Positions 56,681 to 64,000 of a DNA stretch of 64,000 nucleotides are shown here, one piece after another. The DNA is from Candidatus Omnitrophota bacterium. GTDB taxonomy: Bacteria > Omnitrophota > Gorgyraeia > S143-82. Made by a program: the position numbers and the translations under genes. The stretch lies in assembly GCA_015494465.1 (NCBI GenBank), contig WGBD01000002.1, positions 197,267-261,266 of the forward strand, read 5' to 3'. Position 1 is the first letter of the stretch, and the number at the start of each line of letters is the position of its first letter. Below the pieces are notes generated by a model that was given only the letters and a program-made list of their open reading frames with translations, did not search any database and was not told the DNA's origin.

Positions 56681-57071
56681 ACTTGAACTCCATATCTATC
56701 TCATCAGCCCTGTCCATGTGCCGTTTTACCGCACACAGCTCCATGGCCCTAACCAGGGCGTCCTTGTACCTCTCAGGGAAACCCTCAGGAAGGGTTACCA
56801 AGAACTCCATACGGGAGAAAAGCCTCTTATCCTTATCCCAATGGCAGACCAGCCTTAAACCCAAGCCATTGGTAGGAATCCCTCTCCGCTGGCAGAAGTT
56901 CAGGGCGTATACCCCAGCGCAGGCGAGCAAAGAGGCCAAGAAGTAATCAAACGGCTCGGGATAGGCCCCCTCACCTCCGCCCTCCGGAGACTGATCGGTG
57001 TTTATTACGAACCCATCCACCTCAACATCAATGCGTTTCCTGCCGGAAAAAACCAACTTCAGTTCCTTCAT
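56673..57071 (-). CDS. OsmC-like protein
   Basis: TDQ...GG.G..P.PFD.FLASL..CAG, C.VKR. Confidence 0.88.
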   Translation of the reverse strand: MKELKLVFSGRKRIDVEVDGFVINTDQSPEGGGEGAYPEPFDYFLASLLACAGVYALNFCQRRGIPTNGLGLRLVCHWDKDKRLFSRMEFLVTLPEGFPERYKDALVRAMELCAVKRHMDRADEIDMEFKFE

Positions 57072-57160
57072 ACAGCCCCTCCTCCACGGAAAATCGACCA
57101 CCGATTCGGCTCAATGACAGCCACTATAGGATACCACCAAACGAACGGGATAAACAAAAC

Positions 57161-57189
57161 AAAAGAGGGAGGACGAACCTCCCTCTTTT
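57161..57189. terminator. Intrinsic terminator downstream of hsp20
   Basis: AAAAGAGGGAGG-acgaa-CCTCCCTCTTTT hairpin, with an extended U-tract on the minus strand. Confidence 0.85.
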
Positions 57190-57215
57190 AAGGGTTGGGA
57201 TCCGGCAGGCGGATC

Positions 57216-57683
57216 TTACTTGACCTTGAGTTTTATCTGCTTCGGCTTGGACTCCTCCTTCTTCGGGAGGACGATCTCAAGCACGCCGTCCTTGTAATTG
57301 GCCTCCGCCTTGTCCACCTCCACCTCAGCGGGCAAGGCAATGGAGCGCTCGAAGGTGCCATAGAAGCACTCCCGGCGGTAATAATTCTTGTCCTTCTCCT
57401 CCTTTTCCTCCTTACGCTCTCCCCGGATGGTGAGCACTCCATCCTCGATGTTGATCTCCACATCGTTCTTGTCCACACCCGGCAGATCCGCCTTGATGCG
57501 GATCTTGTCCTTATCGTCGATGATGTCCACCGATGGCATCCATTCACCGCCGGCAGACTCTATGGCCTCCCTCGGCAGTCTCGCCAGAGATAGGTCAAAA
57601 AGCCTGTTCATGTCCTCCTGCAACTCCGCAAGATACCGGAATGGATCCCAAACCTCTCTCCTTCTCCACTTGATAAGCGCCAT
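57216..57683 (-). CDS. Hsp20/alpha-crystallin small heat-shock protein
   Basis: P.VDI, ADLPGV, L.I.GER, YG.F.R.I.LP, A.YKDGVL.I.LPK. Confidence 0.95.
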   Translation of the reverse strand: MALIKWRRREVWDPFRYLAELQEDMNRLFDLSLARLPREAIESAGGEWMPSVDIIDDKDKIRIKADLPGVDKNDVEINIEDGVLTIRGERKEEKEEKDKNYYRRECFYGTFERSIALPAEVEVDKAEANYKDGVLEIVLPKKEESKPKQIKLKVK

Positions 57684-57710
57684 ACTATCACCTCCCTAGA
57701 TCGTTTAAAT

Positions 57711-57806
57711 TTAGCACTCCAAAATCCCAACTGCTATCTTCTTCCCAAAATAAACTCACCCTTATCGGGCGACTTCATTTTAGCACTCCAACTATGCGAG
57801 TGTCAA
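57711..57806 (-). promoter_or_regulatory. Two CIRCE (HrcA) elements and the sigma70 promoter of hsp20
   Basis: TTAGCACTC-N9-GAGTGTCAA (57780-57806) overlapping TTGACA-18-TAAAAT; degenerate TTAGCACTC-N9-AACTGCTAT (57711-57737). Confidence 0.85.
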
Positions 57807-57811
57807 GAATT

Positions 57812-59239
57812 TTATCTTTCTGGTTTCCAATTAGTTATGTAATCTATCGCCTCCTCCCGGGTGCGGATTCGGCCCAGCTCCTGCAGTTCGCGGACCTCCC
57901 TCAGTATCCGGCCCACGACCGGCCCCGGCCCTATCCCCCTTATCCGCATCACATCGTGGCCGTCCACCAGCTTGGGCAGGGAGGTCTTGCGGAGCCAATC
58001 GGCGTAAAGGTTGATCATGTCTATGATCCGCTTGCGATGGGAATAGAAGTTCCTCCAAGGATTCAACTTTCCCCGGGTGGCCCAGGCATCCGCCCAGGAG
58101 ACCAAGAGGATCCCCAAGGCCTCGCCCTGGCACTGGCGGAAGAAGCGGTACAGGGCCTTCTCCGTTACACCTTCCTTGGTAAGATCGCCGGGGCGCATGT
58201 GCATAGCCACCACGGTGGAGACCACCTTTATCTGCCTCCGGGAGAACCTGAGGTTCTTCATTATGCTCTCTATCAATCTCGCCCCCACCACCTCGTGCCT
58301 GTAGAACACGACCCTGCCGTCCTCCACCTGCCTCTGCACCGCAGGTTTGCCGATGTCGTGGAAGAACTCCGCCCACTTGAGCAAGGCATATCTGCTCCAA
58401 CTCCCTATCTTTTCCTCCAGATACTTTTGCAGACCCCTTTTATCCCTTATCCTCCCGATCCTCTTCAATCTGGGCAACAGGTCCTCCATCCTGCGCAGGG
58501 CCAACATGCTGTGCTCCAATACATCCAGATGGTGATAGGGGCCCTGCTCCACCCCCGCCATGGAATCCAACTCCGGAATCAACAAGGGAGATATCCCCTT
58601 CAGATACATAGCCCACCACCAATTGAAGCAGGAAGGGGAGGAAAAGAGGCGCGACAGCTCCTGATTGATGCGCTCTGCCTTCACCCAGACCAGTCGCTTG
58701 GCATCCCTACCGGAAAGGGCCCCGATAACACTCCTGCCCCAGCGCAGTCCACACTGGGCAGGTAGCGAGAAGGCCCGCAACACCCTAAGGGGATCCAATC
58801 CAAACGCCCGGGGGGAACAAACCTCCAAGGTACGGGCGGTGAGTGCCCCCAAGCCATTTAGGGGATCGACTACCTCACCCGAGTGCAGGTCCACCGCTAT
58901 CGCGTTGAGGGTAAAGTCCCGCCTCCGCAGATCCTGGCGAAGGTTTCCCTGCATCTGGGCCACATCCACCGTGCAATCCCTACCCAAGACCAAACGGTAA
59001 AGCCCCATTCCCTCGTCCAAGACCACCACGACCCCACCAAGCCTCTCGCGTAGGAGATTCACATCCTCCCAGGCCTGAGGAGATACGATGTCCACATCCA
59101 GTTTTGACCTAGGAAGACCCAAGAGGGCATCCCTTACGAGCCCACCAACCAGATAACGCCCCTTTGGCAGGACATCCCTGATATGCCTAACCTGTTCCCA
59201 TTCCTGAGGAGACAGTGTCTCAAAAGGAAAGACCTTCAT
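57812..59239 (-). CDS. Class II tRNA nucleotidyltransferase with HD domain, probably CC-adding
   Basis: YLVGG.VRD.LLG, DVD, DLRRRDFT.NAIA, DPLR.LRA, ERI..EL, HDIGKP. Confidence 0.9.
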   Translation of the reverse strand: MKVFPFETLSPQEWEQVRHIRDVLPKGRYLVGGLVRDALLGLPRSKLDVDIVSPQAWEDVNLLRERLGGVVVVLDEGMGLYRLVLGRDCTVDVAQMQGNLRQDLRRRDFTLNAIAVDLHSGEVVDPLNGLGALTARTLEVCSPRAFGLDPLRVLRAFSLPAQCGLRWGRSVIGALSGRDAKRLVWVKAERINQELSRLFSSPSCFNWWWAMYLKGISPLLIPELDSMAGVEQGPYHHLDVLEHSMLALRRMEDLLPRLKRIGRIRDKRGLQKYLEEKIGSWSRYALLKWAEFFHDIGKPAVQRQVEDGRVVFYRHEVVGARLIESIMKNLRFSRRQIKVVSTVVAMHMRPGDLTKEGVTEKALYRFFRQCQGEALGILLVSWADAWATRGKLNPWRNFYSHRKRIIDMINLYADWLRKTSLPKLVDGHDVMRIRGIGPGPVVGRILREVRELQELGRIRTREEAIDYITNWKPER

Positions 59240-59718
59240 CAAAGCAGAGGAAGAATCTGAGCCTCCATGGCCTCGGTATCCAAGACCGCAAATGTGGGAT
59301 TACCGGTAAGATAACCGCAGAGCTCGCCGGGATTTACCACCAGACAAGCACCTTCCTTGCGAATCTCCTTCTGGTGGGTGTGGCCGTAAACGACCACATC
59401 CTGAGAGGCATAGAACTCCGGGGATACCTCCTCGGGCTTGTGGACCACCACTATCTTCTTACCGTCCAATTCCAAGGATAGCGGTGGTTCGCTTATTCGC
59501 CCTGAGGAGACCTTGACCAAACCGTTCTTCTCCCCGTCGTTGTTGCCAAAGACCCCCTTCCACTCTATCCCCGAATCCATCAAGGGGCGGAGGGAAAACG
59601 GGGCGACGAAATCCCCCGCGTGGAGCACGAACTCGACCCCCAGTTCCCTGAAGCGCTCCACGGCCCGCTTTATCAAGGGCATGTTATCGTGGCTGTCGGA
59701 GATGATCGCTACCTTCAT
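59239..59718 (-). CDS. YfcE/MJ0936 family metallophosphoesterase
   Basis: SDSHDN, HAGD, GNND, GHTH, NPGE. Confidence 0.92.
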   Translation of the reverse strand: MKVAIISDSHDNMPLIKRAVERFRELGVEFVLHAGDFVAPFSLRPLMDSGIEWKGVFGNNDGEKNGLVKVSSGRISEPPLSLELDGKKIVVVHKPEEVSPEFYASQDVVVYGHTHQKEIRKEGACLVVNPGELCGYLTGNPTFAVLDTEAMEAQILPLL

Positions 59719-59724
59719 AAGGGA

Positions 59725-60129
59725 TCAGATCTCGAATATGTCTGCAGAGTCCAGGACCTCTTCCTCTACGAAGATCGGGACACCCACCCTTAAGGCTAAG
59801 GCTATGCTGTCCGAGGGCCGGGCATCCACCCACACCTCCGAGCCGTCCTCCTTTTCCAGAACGATCTTGGCGTGGAAGGTATTGAACTGCAGTTTGTCCA
59901 CCACCACGAACTTCACCTTTGCCCCGAGGGACTCTATCACCGACTTCAACAGGTCGTGGGTAAGAGGACGCGGTGGCTCAAAACCGCTTATCTTCATCTT
60001 GATAGAGGTGGCCTCCGGGAGGCCAATCACTATGGGTAGAAAGCGCTCGCCGTCTATCTCCTTCAGGACTATCACCTGATCGTGGCGCTTCTCGTCAATG
60101 ATTATCTTGGAAAGCTCAACCTGGACCAT
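59725..60129 (-). CDS. Bifunctional nuclease family protein (DUF151)
   Basis: LPI.IG..EA.SI, PRPLTHDL, DARPSDSIALALR. Confidence 0.92.
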   Translation of the reverse strand: MVQVELSKIIIDEKRHDQVIVLKEIDGERFLPIVIGLPEATSIKMKISGFEPPRPLTHDLLKSVIESLGAKVKFVVVDKLQFNTFHAKIVLEKEDGSEVWVDARPSDSIALALRVGVPIFVEEEVLDSADIFEI

Positions 60130-60135
60130 ATTGCA

Positions 60136-60164
60136 ATTTTAACAGATATCCCCGCAGGTGTAAA
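60136..60164 (-). promoter_or_regulatory. Sigma70 promoter, leaderless geometry
   Basis: TTTACA-17-TAAAAT (with TG extension)-6 nt-ATG(60129). Confidence 0.7.
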
Positions 60165-60170
60165 CCGCCC

Positions 60171-62195
60171 CTACGCAGTGGCGAAGGCTTTGTCCACTTC
60201 CCATATCTTGTTGAGGTAGTCGTGGACCATCCGATAGGTGTTAAAGTAGGAGGCCTGGGCAATCGCGTTTATCATCTTGTCTATCCACGGGGAGCTCAGG
60301 TCCACTTCACCTTGGCGATTGGTGGAGTAATAGAGAGAGACTACTTCCTCCAGGGCAGAGTAAAGGGCCTCCGCATCCTCGTCCAACCTCAGGTTCAGCT
60401 CGTTGCTGGCGTCGTTGGTCTCGTCCCTGTAGCCGAATATCCAGCCGATGTCCTTGTCCTCCGCCTCCACTACCCATCCGTCCAAGGTGGTCAACTGCAG
60501 GACACCGTTCAATATCGCCTTCATCCCACTGGTGCCCGAGGCCTCAAACGGAGGCAGGGGATTGTTGAGCCAGACATCCACGCTGTTCGTCAGCAACTTA
60601 CCAAAATAGGTGTCGTAGTTCTCCAGCATCATTATCCGTATGTAGGCCCGGTGCTCGTAGAGGGCGTCTATCTTGTCCATCATCTCCCGGATGAAGGTGA
60701 ATCCGAGGTTGTCCTGAGGATGGGCCTTCCCCGCCATGATGATCTGTATCTTGCCCAGTCTTCTTGCGATCTCCACCAGCCTGTCAGGATTCCTGAGGAT
60801 GAGGCTCGGCCGTTTGTAGGCCGCTATCCTTCGGGCCCAGGCAAGGGTAAAGACATTCTCGTCCACCCCCCACTTCCAGAGCAGGTCCACCAACTGGCGC
60901 TTGTTCTTCTGGTGGGCCTGCCAGAGGTCCCTGCGGAACTCCTGATTGGACCTCAACTGCTCCACATTCTGCAGTCTCGTCGGATCCTTCTCCCAATCAC
61001 CAAAGACATCCCGGTACTTGTCAAACAGGTTGCGGAAGGCATCGGAGACCCAGGTGAGGGTGTGCACCCCGTTGGTTATGGCCACTATCCTGTCCTTGTA
61101 ATCCGGGAACTGATTGTGCATCACCCAGGAGTGCTTCAGGGCAACCGCGTTTATGTGAGAAGAGGCGTTCATAGCCACCAATGTAAGGTTTATTATCCCC
61201 GGCCTGTCGGGTTCGGTGCCCAACCGCTCCAGTATAGAGATGTCCTCCTCGTTCAACACCGCCCGCAGGTCGTTCACATGGAACCTGTCGTGGCCAGCGG
61301 AGACCGGAGTATGACAGGTGTAGACGAACCTCTTCTTCTCTTCCTCTATCTCCCCATCCGACCGTCCCCTGGCCCGCTCCAAGAAGGCAAACGCAGCGTG
61401 GCCCTCGTTCAGGTGATAACGCACCACATTGTAACCCAGCTCATCTATTGCCTTCATCCCCCCCAGCCCGAGGATGACCCTCTGGTATATCTTCCACCAG
61501 GGATTATCACTGCGATACAACTGATCCGTGAGTTTCCGCAGGGGCTCGGGGTTCTTCTCCAGATTAGCGTCCAGCAATATGAGAGGGACCACGAATCGGT
61601 GATCGTAACTGTAGACATAGTACTTCCACAGCCTTAAGTGGAGCTCGTCGTTTCGCATCTTTAGGCATATCTCTTTGTCGAGAGGAATAAGGCCGGGATA
61701 GTGCCAAGGATCCCAGTGCATCTCCTCGGGCAACTGGCCATATCTGAACCAGAAGTTCTGCTTAAAGTATCCCTTGTTCCAGAGGATGCCTATCGCAACT
61801 ACCGACATTCCCAGGTCTGCCATAGACTTGGTCGTGTCCCCTGCCAGGACTCCCAGACCACCGCTGTATATCGGCAGGTCCAGCATCTTATCTATCTGGA
61901 TGTCCAGAAAGTAATCCAAGGCCCGCATGTTGGAGAAGACCTCGTGGCGCCGGAACATGTTCGCCTCCGGGATCTCTCCCGAGACGGGAAAGGAATTGTA
62001 TATGCTGGGTGCCAGACCGTATTCCATAGAGAAGTAGGCTATAGAGGTGAGATCTGGTGAGGCAAGGGCCTCCTCCGCCTTCAGTATGGGCTCCAAAGGA
62101 AAACCGTAGAAACTGTCCTCGGTGATGTACTTGGCGTAATTCTCCTGAAAGGATTCTATCGGATTGATTTCCAGAAATCTGGCCAACCTGCTCAC
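60171..62195 (-). CDS. glgP: Alpha-glucan (glycogen/maltodextrin) phosphorylase
   Basis: AYFSMEYG, YSGGLGVLAGD, HLNEGH, ITNGVH, ARR..YKR, AGKAHP, EASGTSGMK (PLP lysine). Confidence 0.93.
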   Translation of the reverse strand: MSRLARFLEINPIESFQENYAKYITEDSFYGFPLEPILKAEEALASPDLTSIAYFSMEYGLAPSIYNSFPVSGEIPEANMFRRHEVFSNMRALDYFLDIQIDKMLDLPIYSGGLGVLAGDTTKSMADLGMSVVAIGILWNKGYFKQNFWFRYGQLPEEMHWDPWHYPGLIPLDKEICLKMRNDELHLRLWKYYVYSYDHRFVVPLILLDANLEKNPEPLRKLTDQLYRSDNPWWKIYQRVILGLGGMKAIDELGYNVVRYHLNEGHAAFAFLERARGRSDGEIEEEKKRFVYTCHTPVSAGHDRFHVNDLRAVLNEEDISILERLGTEPDRPGIINLTLVAMNASSHINAVALKHSWVMHNQFPDYKDRIVAITNGVHTLTWVSDAFRNLFDKYRDVFGDWEKDPTRLQNVEQLRSNQEFRRDLWQAHQKNKRQLVDLLWKWGVDENVFTLAWARRIAAYKRPSLILRNPDRLVEIARRLGKIQIIMAGKAHPQDNLGFTFIREMMDKIDALYEHRAYIRIMMLENYDTYFGKLLTNSVDVWLNNPLPPFEASGTSGMKAILNGVLQLTTLDGWVVEAEDKDIGWIFGYRDETNDASNELNLRLDEDAEALYSALEEVVSLYYSTNRQGEVDLSSPWIDKMINAIAQASYFNTYRMVHDYLNKIWEVDKAFATA

Positions 62196-62274
62196 ATCTC
62201 CCCCCTGATTTGCGCCACCCCTTCTACACGGTCCCTATTATAACATCGCCCTAATGAATAGGGAATAAGAAAAC

Positions 62275-64000
62275 CTATAATGTATAGGTCAGCAATACTC
62301 CCCCTATCTTCTTAGGCTGGCTAATGTTATCTCCATAACCAGTGCTACGAACCAAAACTCGGGATAAGTCCTTTTGCTCAACACCTCCCTCTGCTATACC
62401 CGCTTCCAACAATTCCTTCAAACCTGGCCCCTCTTCTTCAGGAAATACTTCCTCGCCCAAGTACAGCTGGCCTCCTGCGATGTACTGCAGAAGTGCCTTT
62501 ATCTCTTCATCTTCCCTGACTGCAGCTACTATCTCCTTATAGGTCTCTTTAACCGCCTGGCTTTCCTTGGTATCCAAGGCCTCGTCGTCCATTCCCAGCA
62601 TCTCCTCCAAGAGACTCCCTCTCAATCCCATCGCCTCAAAGGCCCTCAAGATAACGCCATCCCCTATTCCCTCTGATTTAAGCCTCATCACGATCTTCCA
62701 CAGCCTCACCAATCCACTCAACTGTACATCTTCCTCCCCAAACACCTGCCTCTGAAGAACCCGCAAGGCATAGTGGACATTTCCCATCTTTGCCTTTTCG
62801 ACCCAATCGTCGTCGATCGCACTCTCATCTATCCGCACCTCCACCAGAACATTCCCATCCTTATCTTTCACGAACACCTTATTTCCATCAATCCCGGAGC
62901 TGATCAACCCTTCCCTAGCCAACCATTCCATCACCTCGTGGAATACCGCAATGGGATCCTGCAACAGGGGTTCGGTTATCAAGATCTCCCCTTCATCTGA
63001 CCTGGCCAACAGTATCCGGTTATCCCTATACCTCGGATCCCGGAAGGTGTAGATCTTAAGATTCATAGAAGATAATTTCTCTTGGGCATAATCTAATAAG
63101 CCACCAAGGGCCTCACTATACTTGTCACCCAATCTGGACAGAGCATCCGATATAACCGAAACATCCACTGTATTCTCTTTAAGGGCTCTTACCTCTGAGC
63201 CATCCAAATCCAAGTCACCGATGTTGGACCTAGGCCTCAAGGTCTCCAAGAAATCTCTTAGCCACAACCGGTACATCTCATCATTGCTCGGGACTCCGAG
63301 CTCTTTTGGGTTATCTAGAACTTCCAAAAGATAGGAGATAAACCTGTACTCTTCTGAATCCGCAGAGATCTTTGCAAGTCTATCCTTTATTGCCACTAAA
63401 CTGTTGCGTGCATTAAAATCCATAGCAGGATGCCTATTGCCGTCCAGCCTTGCCTTCATCAAGGCACGCGAAATGCGATAAAGCTGTCCCGGATCCGACT
63501 CCTTTTCCTCGGAATAAGTCGACATCTTCATCAAGATCCGAGTTACTGCTACTAGTTCCTCATTGGAGAGTTCCTCGTGTGCCTCTAAGAAGGCGGGAAG
63601 CAACAACGTCGGATCCGAACCGATATATCTACCCGCTTCGGCACAGGGTCTGAGTACCTCATTTGCGAGGACCTCCCCAGTATAATTCCTAGCCCAAGTG
63701 TTGTCCTTAGCGTAAAACGCCAACTCGTAAAGGGCCACCGCAAACTCGTACTTATCCTTCGATGGAAATGGTGGAGGCCCTACCTTTTCCATCTCTGCCT
63801 TCGCCCGACGCAAAATTGCCTTCCCAAAGCCCAATTCCGGAGCAACGATCTGCGTTGCAATCAGGTTGATCAGATGAGCCAAAACGCCATCAAAGGCCTT
63901 TATCTCATCGTCCGACCACAGGCCAGGGGAGTAGTTCTTAATGGCATCCAAAAGGGCCTGCCTTATCAGGAGCTCACCAAGGGATTCCATTTCGGCACTG
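62275..64000 (-). CDS. C-terminal part of a large hypothetical protein (frame open to the window edge)
   Basis: At least 571 aa; no stop or SD upstream of ATG 63990 within the window; helical, with FHEVME and HYALR motifs. Confidence 0.7.
   Translation of the reverse strand, partial: SAEMESLGELLIRQALLDAIKNYSPGLWSDDEIKAFDGVLAHLINLIATQIVAPELGFGKAILRRAKAEMEKVGPPPFPSKDKYEFAVALYELAFYAKDNTWARNYTGEVLANEVLRPCAEAGRYIGSDPTLLLPAFLEAHEELSNEELVAVTRILMKMSTYSEEKESDPGQLYRISRALMKARLDGNRHPAMDFNARNSLVAIKDRLAKISADSEEYRFISYLLEVLDNPKELGVPSNDEMYRLWLRDFLETLRPRSNIGDLDLDGSEVRALKENTVDVSVISDALSRLGDKYSEALGGLLDYAQEKLSSMNLKIYTFRDPRYRDNRILLARSDEGEILITEPLLQDPIAVFHEVMEWLAREGLISSGIDGNKVFVKDKDGNVLVEVRIDESAIDDDWVEKAKMGNVHYALRVLQRQVFGEEDVQLSGLVRLWKIVMRLKSEGIGDGVILRAFEAMGLRGSLLEEMLGMDDEALDTKESQAVKETYKEIVAAVREDEEIKALLQYIAGGQLYLGEEVFPEEEGPGLKELLEAGIAEGGVEQKDLSRVLVRSTGYGDNISQPKKIGGVLLTYTL

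Overview
64 kb of a compact, GC-rich bacterial chromosome, almost all encoded on the minus strand. Protein style suggests a PVC-superphylum organism, perhaps Omnitrophota-like, but that is inference only. From left to right it holds: housekeeping genes (Xaa-Pro peptidase, BamD-like, CoaB, Lnt); a type IV pilus/T2SS-like operon (4 pilins, pilC, pilB, secretin, pilP/O, fused pilMN); tRNA-Ser, tadA, dnaE, tRNA-Leu, SPFH/NfeD, tRNA-Ala(GGC), tRNA-Arg, rdgB, rsmE, birA, apbE; a DUF134/DUF5320/NifX/paired Fe-S ATPase operon with a perfect 20-bp operator; polX, an orphan neuB and a Ski2/HelY helicase; a Zn/Mn ABC transporter; 6S RNA; two flagellar blocks with sigma54 and sigma28 promoters; tRNA-Ala(CGC); VIT1, ankyrin, OsmC, CIRCE-controlled Hsp20, a tRNA nucleotidyltransferase, glucan phosphorylase, and the C-terminal end of a large unknown protein. 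The best candidate for an undescribed system is a coupled five-gene operon at 35.7-41.6 kb: small MerR-like protein, a 1046-aa IF2N-like/acidic/TM/TPR protein, a FlgN/FliT-like protein, a kinase with no sensor domain and a sigma54 activator with no DNA-binding domain. Other notable signals are a probable CC-adding enzyme, a tRNA-Ala with C33, a possible ATC start codon, several leaderless genes and a glycosyltransferase split at a G5 run. No CRISPR array, transposase or integrase was seen. All calls come from reading the sequence by eye; no searches were run.
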